Source: Vicugna vicugna (lineage: Eukaryota). Taken from it: a stretch of DNA of 64,000 nucleotides. The notes below the pieces were generated by a model. It was given only the letters and a program-made list of their open reading frames with translations. It ran no database searches and was not told the DNA's origin. The stretch is from contig MU058153.1 of NCBI GenBank assembly GCA_013265495.1, positions 932,001 to 996,000 on the forward strand, read 5' to 3'. This document shows, in pieces, positions 1 through 13,790 of the stretch (its first letter is position 1; each line of letters starts with the position of its first letter). Both the position numbers and the translations under genes were made by a program.

Positions 1-1366
1 TTTTTCTAATGCAGTGCCCCTAAATTGAAGTTATGTGCCTGATCAGGTAAAAGCAATAGCTATGTTTCATATTTCATAGCATCCTTATCCTAGCTTCTTA
101 TATCTACTCAAGTAAGTTTAAGTGAAAGATATTGAAATTATTTAACAGGATGAGATGTAGCAAGATATTTTTGACAGGGTTTCCAAAGAAACCACAAAAC
201 AATAACGCGGTGAATCCTGATTTTAGAACAAATTCAACTTCTAGATAATTTGTGAAGCAACATTGATATTTAGGAACTTAAAAAAATTTTTAAGGAAAAC
301 CCACAGCTCAGTTTCCAATCAGTCAAGACGTTGAAAAATGTATTTCTGTTGGGAACAAAGAAAGAATGGGGCTCAGTGCAAAAAGAAGAAGCTGTAGAGA
401 GGAGGACTTGGATCTAAGGCTACACTCTTCCAAGGTGTTCAGTTGATGAAGTCTTTGTCTTGCAGTCACCGAGCTTCGTTCTGTGTTTCTGTGATCACAA
501 TGCAGTTTTTACACTCTGCAATTATCTTTAATTGTAAGGATACGCAACCCCTTATTAAGCTAAAAGGAAGATAGTAGCTGTGCATTTTAAAGAACTTATG
601 AACTCCAGTAGCCTGTTTTGGGTTCTGAATGATTCTGACACCCTCTTGAATAGTGAGTGCCCCCATTTTGTCCCTTGTTTTTGATGAGTTTCTTAAAGCA
701 AAAAATGCTGGGGACATTCTCTTAATAACTTGCCTCACTGCAGCGTGGTTAGCAGAGATGCATCTGAAGGTGAGCCGCTCCTACATGTCCAGCGGGAGGG
801 AAAGGTAACTTACACCACAGGTGCTACTTATCTGAGCAGAAAGATGAAGAGAGTTCTCTAACACCTCCCTCTGTATCAGTGACTGTGGTTTCAGCCAAAG
901 ACCTTGAATTGTCTGATGGAAGATGTTACTTGATTCTGAAAAGATAGTTCAGTTGATAGCATATAAGCCACTGATGTATTTGTGTACATCTGTGTTTGTC
1001 AGCCTGGAAAACAGCCCCCCGAACAACACGTACACACACATGCAAACCACCACCACCACCTCATCACCGTTATATATTGGAACCCTGTCATTCCAGGTCC
1101 CGCTCAAGGACAACTGTTTTAGTGGAGCTGTTTTTGTTTGCTCCTCTGCTCACTCCACATGTCAAAATGAATCACTCCTTTCACTAGTATTGCCTTAATG
1201 CAATGTTTGTAACGCTATTTAGCCTATATTTTATTCTGCCTCATATCATTATAAGATATTCACATGGCTGTTACCCCTAACAGCTTGTAAATACCCTGAA
1301 AGCAAGTAATAATGGTTTTTACTCTTTGTGCTTTCTTCCCAGTGAGTGAATAATATATACAGACAG

Positions 1367-1367
<1 letters not shown>

Positions 1368-1398
<31 letters not shown>
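1368..1398. repeat. (CA)n microsatellite
   Basis: About 15 uninterrupted AC units. Confidence 0.97.
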
Positions 1399-1399
<1 letters not shown>

Positions 1400-3287
1400 T
1401 TATCCATCTATATAAACACACACATGTATACATATGGAGACTACAGAGTATAAATAGAATATATGCACGTATGATTATATGCCATATAATATGAACTTTA
1501 AAAGAGAGAAAGAGATTACCTTTTCTTATATATTAGCTGCTGAAAAGGCAATAAAATCATCCCATTTGCCAGGTCACTGCCCCTGTTCCAGTAAGAGTGT
1601 TATATCAAATTATACTGCCAATCGTGTGTATTTAAAAGTTAACACTATAACACAAGCAACTGAATTCAATCCCTCTTCCTCCTCTCCATAAAAGAAAAAT
1701 CAATGATTTGAAACAAGCAGGTTGATCGGATCTTGCAGTGCAGCAGGGTTCTCCCCGCAGATCCTTGGGGATGTCAGAATTACCCTGCCCTCCCACACTC
1801 CCCTCCACGCATCTCATCTCTGTCTTCTGACAGCGAGTCTGCCTCTCCCTTCTTCTCCTCTGTTCATATTTATGATTCACTCAGAGGATATCCTTAGCGT
1901 GCCCATCAGACAGTAATTTCCAGGTTGGAAAAAACTGGTAGAGGTGTGCTCCAACTCTCACAAAACCTTTTGAAAAATGCTGTATCAAGTAATTGCACAA
2001 TTTTACTTGCAGTGTATCAAAACATTCTTGTATGCCCTCTGTGGATGTTTAGAAATATCACATTTAAATGTTCACACTTCTTAAAAAGGATGAAAAGCCT
2101 GAGTGCCAATTTGTTTTTGCCAACATGCGGGCTGCATGGTCCTGATATTTCACTGTTAGCCTTTGGAATTACACTCCATCCTGTGGGTTCCATTACATGT
2201 TAAGTGTAGTTTACTGTACAGTTCATATTCACAGTGAAACACATTCAAGAGTGTGGCTTGTTTCAAGAGACAAGGTCATGTTTCATTGTCATTAGTACAT
2301 TTACATCACTATTTGTGGCTTCTGATATACAGGTGTCATTAGACTTTCATTTTGAGAAGGAAAGATTTAGGCAGTTTGTGAAATTTGTAACGTATTTCAA
2401 TGTCTTTGAGAAACTATTTTGCTGGAAGAGACCACTTTTCACTAAAAAAAAAATTAAAATGTTATCGAAGAACTCCCACACATGAAGCAACAAGCCCAGA
2501 TGGTTTCACAGGCTGAAGTTTTACAGAACCTGCAAATACCACGCCATGCCATGCCATGCCGCGGCTAAATACGTTTTTACAGAATATAAAAAATGGCATA
2601 ACTTTCTAAATTTCTTTTTATTTGGCAACTACAACATTGATACTAAAGCATTATAAAGATAGGAAAAAAGCCTACAAATTAACCTCACTTACAAATATTT
2701 ATGTAGAAGTCCTAAATAAAATAGTAGCAACAAAATTCAATACTATACTAAGATAATTAAACAAAATGACTCACTAAGATTTATCTCAGGAATGCAAGAG
2801 ATTCAATATTAGAACATCTATTAATATACTTCACCAGATTAAGGGATTTGAGGAAACAAATCACATGAATATTTCCATAAATATTGAGAAATTCTACAAA
2901 TAACTTAACACCTATCTCCCACAAGCACACTCAATAATAAAATAATATATGTGCACTTTCTTAACCCAGTGAAAGATGAATGCCTTAATCCTGAAGCCAT
3001 CAACTGCTTTACTGGGGAAATTATAGAGGCATTCCCACTAAGCTCAGGAATTGGTCAGAGATGCCTACTACGTCCACAACTGTGTGACACTATGTAGGAG
3101 ATATTAGTTGCTGGAATTAAGATAACACATAAAACCATGGAATTGAAAGAAGAGTAAGATTATTTGCTGATGATATAATAGTATACCTAGAAAATCCTAG
3201 AGAATCAATGTTAAAAGTAATTCAAACAGTATAATAATTAAATCAGGTAATAAGATATATCATTAATACACAAAGCCAATAGCCTTC

Positions 3288-3345
3288 TGTATCAGTTAGC
3301 TATTACTACGTAACAAAACACTCCAAAACAAATAGATTTAAACAA
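3288..3345 (-). mobile_element. MLT1 (ERVL-MaLR) LTR end fragment nested in the old L1
   Basis: 'tgtatcagttagctattactacgtaacaaaacactccaaaac...atttaaacaa' resembles the MLT1 terminus, and resembles the start of the MLT1 copy at 19755. Confidence 0.6.
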
Positions 3346-3636
3346 ATGGACAGACATCCATTATTCTTGGATAGGATTTCTTAATATCAGAAAGATGTAA
3401 GTTTTCCCTAAGTGAATTAGTTAAATTAGCTGATACCTATAAAAAGATCAAGTATTTTACTGCTACCAGATGAATTGATGCTAAAGCTCACATAGAAAAA
3501 TAAATATGTACACATACCTCAGAAAAAAATGAGAAAGAGTGATGGTGGGTTCATGAATAGACCAGGAAGATACACGATAGAAAAAAAAAATCCAGAAATA
3601 GACCCAAATACATATGATTTGTTTTGCTTTTTGTAT

Positions 3637-3727
3637 TTTATATATATATGTATATATATATATATATATTTATACATATATTTATATGTATACTTATACA
3701 TATATTTATATATATATGTATATATAT
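3637..3727. repeat. (TA)n-rich imperfect microsatellite
   Basis: TA run with tg/ca/tt interruptions. Confidence 0.95.
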
Positions 3728-5879
3728 AAAATGGCATCTTAAACCACTGAAGAGGAATTTTAAATAAAAAGATCAATTTGGATCTATATCCCTTCTTATA
3801 CATAAGAAATTAAACTAAATGCGTCAGATGCGATGCATTAGTTTTGTTTGTTTTAATTTGTCACACAAGTACTAGAAGCAAACAAATTTGAATTCATTAG
3901 TAATTTGTAGTGAAAGATTTTTGAGCACTGACTCAAAATATTTGAAATTGTAAAGAAATTTTGCATGAAAAATATTAACAAATCAAATTTAAAGGACCAA
4001 TGATGAACATCAAGAAAATACTCAGAAAATATATTGCAGATAAAGGGTTAAAGTTCTTAATAGAAATCACCTTTTTTAAATAATGAGCAAGACCAAAAGA
4101 CCATAAAATTGGCAAATGACATAAGTAGTCATTTGACACAATAAAAGACGTACAGAAGGCTCTTAGATGAAAATATAGTCAACTTCATTCATAATAAGAT
4201 AAATGCAAATTTAAAATATACTGAAGTCTCTTTCTCACCTCTCCAAGTGGCAAAATCAGAAAGCTTGACACCACACTCTGCTAGGATGGCTGTGAGGAAA
4301 TAAATCATCTCATATAATTCTAGGGAGAATGTAGAATGATAACAACCCTCCTGGAAAGAGTTTCACAAAATGTGACGACACTCTGTACGTAGTTGTCTTT
4401 GACCCGGCTGTCATACTTCCAGGAGTTTGCCCTGAATATATAACTCAAAAGAAGGAGAAAGCATATACATGAGTTGACTCATTGCAGGAATTTGTATAAT
4501 AACAAAATATTGAAACAAGTTAAATGCACATTCAGTGGAGTCCTGTTCAGCTAGCTCTCCCTTTCCTTCCAAAATACGGATAAATCTTCATTAAGTGCTA
4601 AACAATGATTTCTAAGATAATCTGAAGTGAAAATCAAATTTAAAAAGATTACATATAAAAGATGTCATACTTCTCACATACACACACATATATTTATATA
4701 AAATGCGTATATACGTGCATACCTATATAGTATGCCGTATTTATGTATGTGCGTGTATTATCTTGATGTAAAAATGAGAATGTTTATTTGTATTTGTATA
4801 TGTTCACAAACAAGAACTTAGAAAGAATAAGCCAGGAAGTAATGAAGTTGGTTACCTACAAGGGATAGGCCGTTGTGAGCTTCTGGAGTTAGAGAAGAAG
4901 GTAGGACTTCTCTGAGTATATCTTTTTATATAATTTTGCCTTTTGCTCTAGAATAACTTTTTATTCAGTCAAAAAAATAAACAATAATGGGGTAAAAAAA
5001 CACTAAAATTGAATCAATAAAACTCAAAGTCTAACTTTTGATCAAATGTATAGCAAAAGACTAAATCTGAATTCATTCTGAACACAGTATTCTGTTTTAC
5101 ACTCTCAATAGGATTATAATCTAAGGATCGAAAGAACTGCACTTAAGTCAGTAAGCTTAATGTTGGTACTGGAGTAGTTATTTCAAAGTATTTTTTGTAA
5201 ATTGTAGGGTCAGTCAAAAAAATTCTGTTGTCATTTTGGAGAAAGAGAAATACAAATATGCAGGTGATAAGGTGGGGAAGAAATCCCACGGTATGAAAAA
5301 GGGAAAACTGCTATTAACAGAAGAATGGCAACTGATACAAAGTGCACAAATTATAAAGTCAACATTTAACATCCACAGTGGTGATAATTCAGGCAAAAAT
5401 CATCAGTGAACACTAAAAGCAGGAAGCAAAAGATTATTGAGGTACAGGATATTCATGAAGTTCAAGCTGCTTCTGCCCCCACACATGTATTTTAATTTTT
5501 ATCCACAAAGGGAAGAAAGTTGTCTGTAAATGGAAAAAAAAATGAAAACCATACTTAAACCAAATAATTAAACAGGAACAGTAATGTGAAAAGCATATAT
5601 GTAATTCTTTAATCTGTGAATTTCTCCTGATTCTAAATCTTGTTTCCATCATTTTTCCCTCCAGCAGTGTGTTTATTCCTAAGAATAAAACTTCTCTAAT
5701 TGATCATTTGAGCATCTCTACAAAACTGCTATGTGTGCAGTCGCCATGCAGTCTTCTTGTTCCTCTGTCACATATAGCTTCCTGCTCAGAAATACTCTTC
5801 ATTAAGACACAGTTTTATACGGACCACAAGTCTATGTTGGGGAGAGCCCAATTTTGTCTGTGATAATCAAAAGGGACCT

Positions 5880-6210
5880 GAATTAGAATCATACTAGCTG
5901 TTTTAAAAAATAGATCCAAAATTTCATGGCTCAACAAGACAGAAGTTTATTTCTCTCTCAGGAAATAGTCCCTCATAGATGTTCATGCTGATTACTCTCA
6001 GGGATGTGCTTTCTTCTGCTTTAGCTGATTTCATAAAGAAAGGTACAGAGGATCATGGCAGGCTGGTTTTGATGGACCATGCATCGTTTCGACTTGCATT
6101 CTGTTGGACAAAACTTAGTCATATGGCCATTCCTAGTGCAAAACAGGCTGGCTAATGTCATGTTCAGCCAATGAAAATGGGAATTAATCTGAGGGTATAT
6201 CTAGCAGACT
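5880..6210 (-). mobile_element. MLT1 (J/K-like) solo LTR remnant
   Basis: 'ggctcaacaagacagaagtttatttctctctca' and 'cattctgttggacaaaacttagtcatatggccattcctagtgcaaaacaggctgg' are typical of old MLT1 LTRs. Confidence 0.75.
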
Positions 6211-9200
6211 CTGGACTATGGTCCATCGTTCCAGTCCAGGCGTCTAGAGATGACAGTACATGGAGTGGGCTCTTCACAAACTGAAAGAGAAGGAGTTGTT
6301 TTGACTTCTGAAATGGCTACATCAGTATTCTGTAATGAGGATTCTATATAATTGATTACATGTGATTAAATACCATAAACCATAAAGAATCCATTATGTG
6401 TTCTGTTATCTACCTTTAGGGACTTCTTTAAAAGAATGTGATTTTTAATCTTAATAGATGTAGCTAAGGAAATAGGTTAAGCTGGTTCTGAAATTTCTTC
6501 TCTGGATGCCTCATGTCTCTTGTGCATCTGTCACAGATCTGTGTTTATTGTGACCACTATTTGCTTGGAGGGCCCTCACTACTGATTTTTTAAAAAATCT
6601 GATGCGACTGTGACTAGTAGTTGGTCAGATTGGAAAAAATCAAATAAAGCAGAGAATTATCAAAACTGATGAAACTCATGCCTTAAATACTTTATGTTAA
6701 CGTTGAACCCACATCATCTTGCCAATTTTTCAATCTAAGACCAAGGTCTGCCTCATGGAATCCTAAGTTTTCTGTCATTTGTATACACCAGATCTCAAAA
6801 TGTATCTATAGTTTCTACTTTGTTTTTATTTTGTGTGTGTGTGAAGCACAAACTCATAGCCATCTGATACACAACCTGAAATTAGATTTCTTTTATAAAC
6901 GTATGATTTTCCTCATCTTTATCAGTCTCACATACAACAAATATTCAACAAAAAATTTTTACTAATTCTCCTTTATTGAATATTTCCAAAGTCAACTTAA
7001 ATTTTCATAGAAACAATAACTCTTTCCCTTTGCAGACACATTTCATAAGCTTATATAATATTTAATCAAATTATTTAATTACAATAATAAAGGTAAAACT
7101 GCTTAAAATATTTTGGAATCAAGCATAACATATTCTTGCTCAGCATACAACTCGATTAGGAAGCAGAAGTGGAAAGTAGCCATAGACTGAACTGCTCGCC
7201 ATGGTCAGCTGCATGTGGACATCAGTCAGTATGTTTTAAAGAGAAATCAGGGAGCTTTGATTAGTCTGGTCAGTCCATTAAATGTAGATCAGTTAAGAGC
7301 GCTTAGATTGTAATTCATGGACTTTGGCTCTCTACCAGCAGCAATATCTGCATACTGCTGTCTTTCCATTTCTAGAAGTGTTTTCTCTGGAAGATAAGCT
7401 TTTTATGTAATCTCTAAACATGGAATCTGGTTTTTAGTCCTTTTGGATAGGAAAAATCACTTCTTATAGAAGTCTGAAAGTAGATTCTTGATATGCAAAT
7501 TCCCTGGCACTAATTGTGAATTTTAAATTTTCTCCCTGTGATGGTACATTGGTACATTGACCCTTTAATCATTGAATCCTTGCTATTATTTGCATTACAT
7601 TAGAACTAACGTCTTATGATGAATTAATTAATGGACTGAGCCGTTATTATGCATTTCATAGCTTGCATTCCTCGACTCATGGTTCAACTAACTCTTCCTG
7701 GTTTTGTGTAGGGTTTCTGAATTCCAGGGAAGCCATTCCCTCTGCTTGCTAAAGTCAAAACTTGGTGCTTCTGTTTTTAAACAAATTTAGAAATAAAAAT
7801 ATGCATGACACATGGCTTAGCTCTATTTTTTCTTCTGAACTCAAACCACTCATTGGAATACTGACCATTATTCCTCAGCATCTTAGTATGTTTCAAGTAT
7901 TTTTTCTCAAAAATCCAGGTAGAAAAGAAACATTGATTGAATAAAATTTTAAATGCATTTTAAAATCTGGACACTAAATACTCTCTCCAAATTATCACTT
8001 AATCATAAATATACATAGTTCAGACCATTAGAAATTTTTCATATCAAATTTTTCTCCCTATTTTTTGGTCCTTAATCATGGTTTCTCTTCCCTCATAACT
8101 CTCTTAGTATTTTATATGTTTGATTGTCCTTTATTACACTCTTAAGAATTTCTCTTTGAATTAGATGTATCTGTTCCACCTAATCTCAGTGAAGTCAGTG
8201 GTATGCTCACATACTTCTCCTGCCCCGTGCCCAGGGCAGTGTCTTACAAACTGAGTGGGTGAGCATGTACATGTATAAAATCTTAAGTGCATTACTGATA
8301 ATTTCTTTGATATTTTAAAATAGTATATTTATTTTTTCACTATATATAACTTTTTTTGTTTTACTCTGTCTAACTATCTATCTGTCTATCTATCTATGTG
8401 TTCTACATGGATATATATGCACCATATACACATGATTTCGCTCTAGGTATATATGAATGAAGGGGAACATATCTTGACTTAGAGTTCCCAGACAGCAGCT
8501 CTCTTTAAGTTCTAGTGTATTTTAAAATATAACTTTAAAATATGAATAATTTTGAATTGTTTGTACAGACTACTTTCTATCATTTGTTACAGTCTCAAGT
8601 TACTTGAAATTTGAAAACGATCTTAAAATATTAACGTAGGATCTAATGGATTTGAGATGCGCTTATACTGATTGAAACTAAGATTCACCGTTGAGAAGAC
8701 GTTATTTTTCTCCCTTGTAAAGAACTCAAGGAAATATTGAAATGTTATATTTCAAGGTAATGCCGTGTTTCCTTTCTGCTTAGAATGGCTATTTATAGTT
8801 GGCTCAATTAATTCCTAGAGTGTGCAGAGCAAAGAATCCCTTTATCCTGTCATCCTGTAGAGCTAAGGGTATGGTCTGTGCTGAGCTAGAGCAAACTTTA
8901 AAGCTGATCAAACTTCTAAGCAAAATCCTATATTATGATTAGTGATGGACCCAATCCTGTGAAGTGAATAGAGGTGAAGGAATCACAAAAGGTTCCAAGG
9001 TTGAAGTTGGATGAAAGAATCCAAAAGATGAACTGTGTATCTAAGCCTTATCTAAACCCCCTTGGTGGCCGGAATTGGGTCTGAAATCTTGTTAGGACAC
9101 ACCTTCTTGGGAGATTTTATGCCTTTTCTCATTTCAGTCAGGTCATATGAGCCGAGAGAGCAGTTTGCTGGTTCAAAAGCGCCAAGGGAAATACGACTGA

Positions 9201-10039
9201 AATTGCAGACATGGCCTCTAGGATTGGAGACCAGAGTCCAGATGTCAGGACCACACCAAAGGACTATTTAGACCTAATTATTAGCAGAAAGCAATATATA
9301 AAAACAATTGTGTGAGCTATAGAGTCGCTTACATGTAATTATAACAGAGAAGGCTACAAAGAGTGGCCAGTGGCCAGATGAATTTCACTTTTACGGAACA
9401 GAAGAAAAAGAATAAAACAGATGAAGAACATAGTTTTTAGTGATTTGGGTTCAGAAAAAAATATAATGCAAAGCTACATGTTTCAAATGTTTTTATTTCT
9501 CAATATCTTTAAAAATTGGAGAATCAAGTGTTGACTTTGTCAAGCACAGGAGAGAGATGGTTTCCCTGAAATTCAGAAGCATTGGGGCTGCTGCAGACAC
9601 TTTTTTCCAAGTTCATTTAGGAGGGTATTTATATGTGAATGAGGATGTGTAACACCCACTGTTACCATGACATCTCTGTGATCATCAACTAACTGTAATT
9701 TTGTTTTGTTTTCTTATATTTTACACAGTCTATAAAATTTAGGAAAAGTGATTTTTTGATCCATTATATTACATTAAAATATATGGACTTCAGAAGTCTT
9801 CACAACTCAGATTTTGTTAGAGATGATAAAAAGCACAACAAATTCTTAGGTATAATAACTTCTAGAGTTAAATTTTATTGTTTCATTAAAAACGGTTTTA
9901 ACGATTTTTACTCTTAGCTTTTTGGTTTAACATTTTTTTCCTTGAAAAATTATTTTTGCCCAAAACTGTAAGTGCTTCAGAGGATAGAAATGTAATCAAG
10001 ACACAAATACTGCGCCCAAAATATTAGAAACCAGTTATC

Positions 10040-10520
10040 TAGTCAACCAACAAATATTTATTGAGATTCTGCATTGCAAAAAGAGCCTAATATGACGTAG
10101 AGAGAAAATGATGAATGAGAGGGAGAGGATACCTACTCTTACGGGACTTACTTTCCAATAGATGGCTCAGATAAGAATGTAAATAACAATTATAGAAGGC
10201 AGAGTATAATACAGACCAGAGTTACAGAGGTCAAAAGAGGATCATATCTTATCTCAGTGGAGGTGCATGGAAAAAATTAAAGGAATGCTGGGTCTTGAAG
10301 TGTGGGTGGGTATGGATGGGTTCAAAGTAAGTATAGCCTTTCAAGAAATAGACATTGGCAGAAATTATAAAGGAAGTTAACGTATTTTTGTTTTTGTTTG
10401 GGTGGGTGGTTTGAGTATCAGTAGGGTAAAGAGTTTAAGGAATTTGCGCATAATTTTGTTGTTGGGAAATACTAAAAATCTGGGATGCACGAAGTGCCTG
10501 GATCAAATCCAGGCATTAAA
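10040..10520 (-). mobile_element. LINE-2 3' end fragment
   Basis: 'caacaaatatttattgag' is the reverse complement of the L2 3' terminus; purine-rich L2-like sequence follows. Confidence 0.7.
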
Positions 10521-11569
10521 AATTTTCTTACAAAATCCCTTAATCAAATTGTTACTATTGTATAAATTTATTTATTTTTTCTTTTCTCCATTCATGAAAA
10601 GCAAATAATACACAGTTACTTTTTACTCTGTAAAATACATTTTACTCTGAAAAATGATCAGGCTGCGCTTGTAACAGATTCATCCACAGTGTAGACCGCC
10701 CAGTTTTGATGAGAGTCCCAAGAAGAGCTGCACCATAAGATCCCTCAGAAACGGGAAACTGAGTCTTTTCTTAGCTGTTTTTCTTTCAGTGTGTAGTAAT
10801 AAGATGCTGATTGCGGGGAAAGTTTATAATTTGATTAAATCAATCCATTAGTTGCCCAACGGTTTTGGAAATATATTTATCAAAATGTTTTTGACAATTC
10901 AAACAGCTGGAGGTGAAATTATGAATTTTGAACAGAAAGTATCTAACCATTTTAGCACTAACGAAATTGGTAAGGAAAAATTGATTTGGCAAGCTTCTAT
11001 GAATTCAATTAATGAATTGAATCAAATATAATTTGCAAATGACTTCATGGATATTAATGGGTCAGATAATGTGCAGATTTGTGATCTTGGGGTTAACTCA
11101 AAACCACATGTATATTCCCTGAAAATTCCCTGTGCCTGTTTTGATATTATTATCAAGAAGCAAAGCAGCTTGGTTTCTTATGCTTAGACGTGCAAGCCAG
11201 TGGGCAGAAGATGCATATGCCTTTGGGTATGTGTGTCTGCATTACAATAAGTAACTAAAATACATTTTTGATTGTTCTTCCAGAATCAAGCCAATATCTT
11301 CAAATCTGAAACCATACAGATTATAGCCTTTCTACATTATAATATTATTCCTTGGCCGTAAGTTGGTCAACTTTGTAAGGACTCAGCTGAATGACTGTGT
11401 AAAACCATGGCTATTATTTACTCCTAATTATGTCCCTGAGAATAACTAATCTAATAACGTCAGGGAAATGTCTCTATAAATAATAAAAGTAAAACCTTCA
11501 GAGTCCTACTGAAATTTGCTTTTAAGTTTGCTCCCACTTCTTCATTCCTTATTGTGGTGGCAGCTTCAG

Positions 11570-11760
11570 ACAGTAAGAAGAGGGTTTGGTGTCAATTTGA
11601 ATTGACTTAGATTCAAATCCTAGCCCCCTCCTCCTGATAGCTTTTGACCTTGGGCATGTTTCTGAATTTCTCTGAGTCTTGTTGTCCTTGTTTAAAAAAC
11701 TGAGACTAGGACTTTTGGGGTAATTATGAAGATGATCTATGTTGTAATAAGAAAAGTCTA
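11570..11760 (+). mobile_element. MIR SINE
   Basis: 'ttagattcaaatcctagc...tagcttttgaccttgggcatgtttctgaatttctctgagtcttgtt' matches the MIR core. Confidence 0.8.
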
Positions 11761-12199
11761 GCTTACAATCCCTCATCCTTAAGAGCGTGATAGATGTCGA
11801 ACCTTCCATTCTGTTTTTCCACTTCATACCAAGCCGTCCCACTCCACTGCGTGGATGGTCTCCTTACCAGTGGAAGCAGCATTCTAAATTTTTCATCCAA
11901 GTTAACTAAGACACATTAATTGCTCAAAGAGTACATGCAACATTTTGTGTATTTTCTCTTTCTTATTTTATTTTGACACCTATTTCTATATGTTATATTA
12001 GGCTCTTTGATAAGGGCTATCTTGAAATATAAATCCTTAGGAGAGCTATGACTGGCGATTTGGTAGCAGATGGATTGTTTCGTGTGTGGTTCTTTAGAGT
12101 GAGTCTAAATATTTGCACGTCCTACTGGTCATAAATTGAGAAAATATGGGACACAGCATGTACAAAGCTCTATATACACTGATTAAAGCGAGATACTAT

Positions 12200-12375
12200 G
12201 TAAACACTATACTCATTTTCTCATTTAATCTATTCAACATCTCTACAAAATAGACATTATGATGATGCCCTTTTGCAAACAAAGATGTTGATGCTCAGAA
12301 AGCTTGAGTAACTTGTCTAAAGTTAAAGAAGGTGGTAAGGTCAAATCACAAACAGATTTTCTGACCCAGTGTTGC
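12200..12375 (-). mobile_element. MIR SINE
   Basis: 'tctcatttaatct...gatgctcagaaagcttgagtaacttgtctaaagtta' is the MIR core in reverse. Confidence 0.75.
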
Positions 12376-12605
12376 TCCTGGAGTATTAAAACAGGAATGC
12401 CCAAATGCAGAATATATGCAAAAAAGACAATAGATAGATTTTTAATTCATATTAGCCTGAATTACAAATAGTGTGCATTGTGTTCAGTTTTTCTTTTTTA
12501 AGAAATGTGGTTCAAATAATATATTTTGTTTGTGTTCATTTTGCTTAAATCATAACGTGCTCTGGATTTTTTTTCTTTCTAAGTTAATTTTCAAAGTAAT
12601 ACCTA

Positions 12606-12607
<2 letters not shown>

Positions 12608-12636
<29 letters not shown>
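12608..12636. repeat. (TG)n microsatellite
   Basis: About 14 perfect TG units. Confidence 0.97.
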
Positions 12637-12639
<3 letters not shown>

Positions 12640-12819
12640 AACAAAAGCATAACAAACAAAAAACACATAAAGTCACATAAACTCACCCAACAAAGGAAAT
12701 AGTTCATATTTTTGTATATATACTCACAGATAAGCATTTGCACACAGAAAACAGACACACAAATAGATTTGTTATTCACAGGAGAGAAGCATACCACAAT
12801 ACTATTTTCAACCATTCAA

Positions 12820-13115
12820 TCACATTAAATAATATATCATAAACATCTTTCCTTGACAAGAAACTTGCTTTCACAAAACTGAGCTTTGTTTTCATGTCTG
12901 TGTAGTATGTATAAAGACATATAGCAGAATGTATCTTTTTTCTTGAGCGTTTAACTTTAATGCTACAGTGAACATGCCTTTAATGAAATCTTTGTGCACA
13001 GTCTAAATTATTTTACTAATATAAGTTCCTACAAGTAGACTAGCTTTGTTATGTGATACGCTAGACTTTACAGCTTTTGATAGGTATTGCCAAACTGCTC
13101 TCCAGAAAGTCAAAA
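12820..13115 (-). mobile_element. Old L1 (L1ME-like) 3' fragment
   Basis: 'aatgctacagtgaacatgc...ttcctacaagtagactagct...ttttgataggtattgccaaactgctctccagaaag' resembles the reverse strand of an L1ME 3' region. Confidence 0.65.
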
Positions 13116-13617
13116 CTCCTTACGTAAGAGAATATGTCATAGTGTTAATAATAATGGCTCATTGCCTGAAATAAAGATATTTAACATGTTAATTTAGTTG
13201 AAATTCCTGAAGGAGAAAAAAATAAAAGCAGATAAGCGTTTCAGTGTGAAAATTGCACTTGCCCCATAGGACCATTGCTGCTTCATAAACATTTACCTCA
13301 AATATCATAAATGTACACACAAGAGACATCAAATATCTGGAGAAGATATTTCATTAGAAACATTCACTATAGCATGGCCTACAAGTTTGAGGTTTGGTTA
13401 ATCAGGAGAAATTTCCATATTTTATTGAAGAAATTAGCATTTTTTATCACCAGGAAATAAAAGAGCTCTTTCCAGTTCTTTTTATGAGAAAGTTGATGTC
13501 ATGGATATGCTATTTAGTTTCCTTGAGGGAACAACATTTCCAAATAAGTGAGAAATGTTTTTCAGCAAAGAATTGCTTCCAGGTTGGTTAAAACTGGTTC
13601 AACATGCTGCTTTAACC

Positions 13618-13790
13618 ATTTTTTAAAAATAAAGTTTATTTATTTTGTTTATTTATTTTGGGGGGGTGGGGGAAGGTAATGAGGTTTATTTAGTATTTGT
13701 TTATTCTTAGAGGAGGTAGTGGGGATTGAACCCATGACCTCATGCATGCTAAGCATGCTCTCTACCACTTGAGCTATACCCTCCTCACCC
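13618..13790 (-). mobile_element. tRNA-Ala-derived camelid SINE (Vic-1-like) with target-site duplication
   Basis: The minus strand reads GGAGGGTATAGCTCAAGTGGTAGAG (A box)...CTTAGCATGC...GGGTTCAATCCCC (B box), then an AAAT-rich linker, a C-run and an (AAAT)n tail. Flanking direct repeat tgctttaacc (13608-13617) / tgctttaatc (13792-13801). Confidence 0.9.

Larger units (their letters stand above)
2450..5600 (+). mobile_element. Ancient degraded LINE-1 (L1M/L1ME-like): ORF2 RT region through the 3' end
   Basis: L1 ORF2 landmarks occur in order: 'gcccagatggtttcacagg' (~2495), 'atttatctcaggaatgcaag' (~2780), 'ttatttgctgatgatataatagtatacctagaaaatcct' = LFADDIIVYLENP (~3160-3200), 'gacatccattattcttggatagga' (~3355), then decayed C-terminal and 3'UTR sequence. 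Many stops and indels. The right boundary is approximate. Confidence 0.88.

Noticed and set aside
3519..3803. Y/I-rich ORFs (also 29273-29470, 53418-53741, 63500-63757)
   Set aside because: Translations of TA/TG microsatellites.
10621..10655. Imperfect direct repeat ttttactctg(t/a)aaaat x2 as a CRISPR-like or other functional array
   Set aside because: Only two adjacent copies with a 3-nt gap; a simple slippage duplication in eukaryotic DNA.
13715..13785. tRNA-Ala-like sequence on the minus strand as a tRNA gene
   Set aside because: It continues into a SINE body and A-rich tail, is flanked by a TSD, and its stems are imperfect. It is a SINE head.
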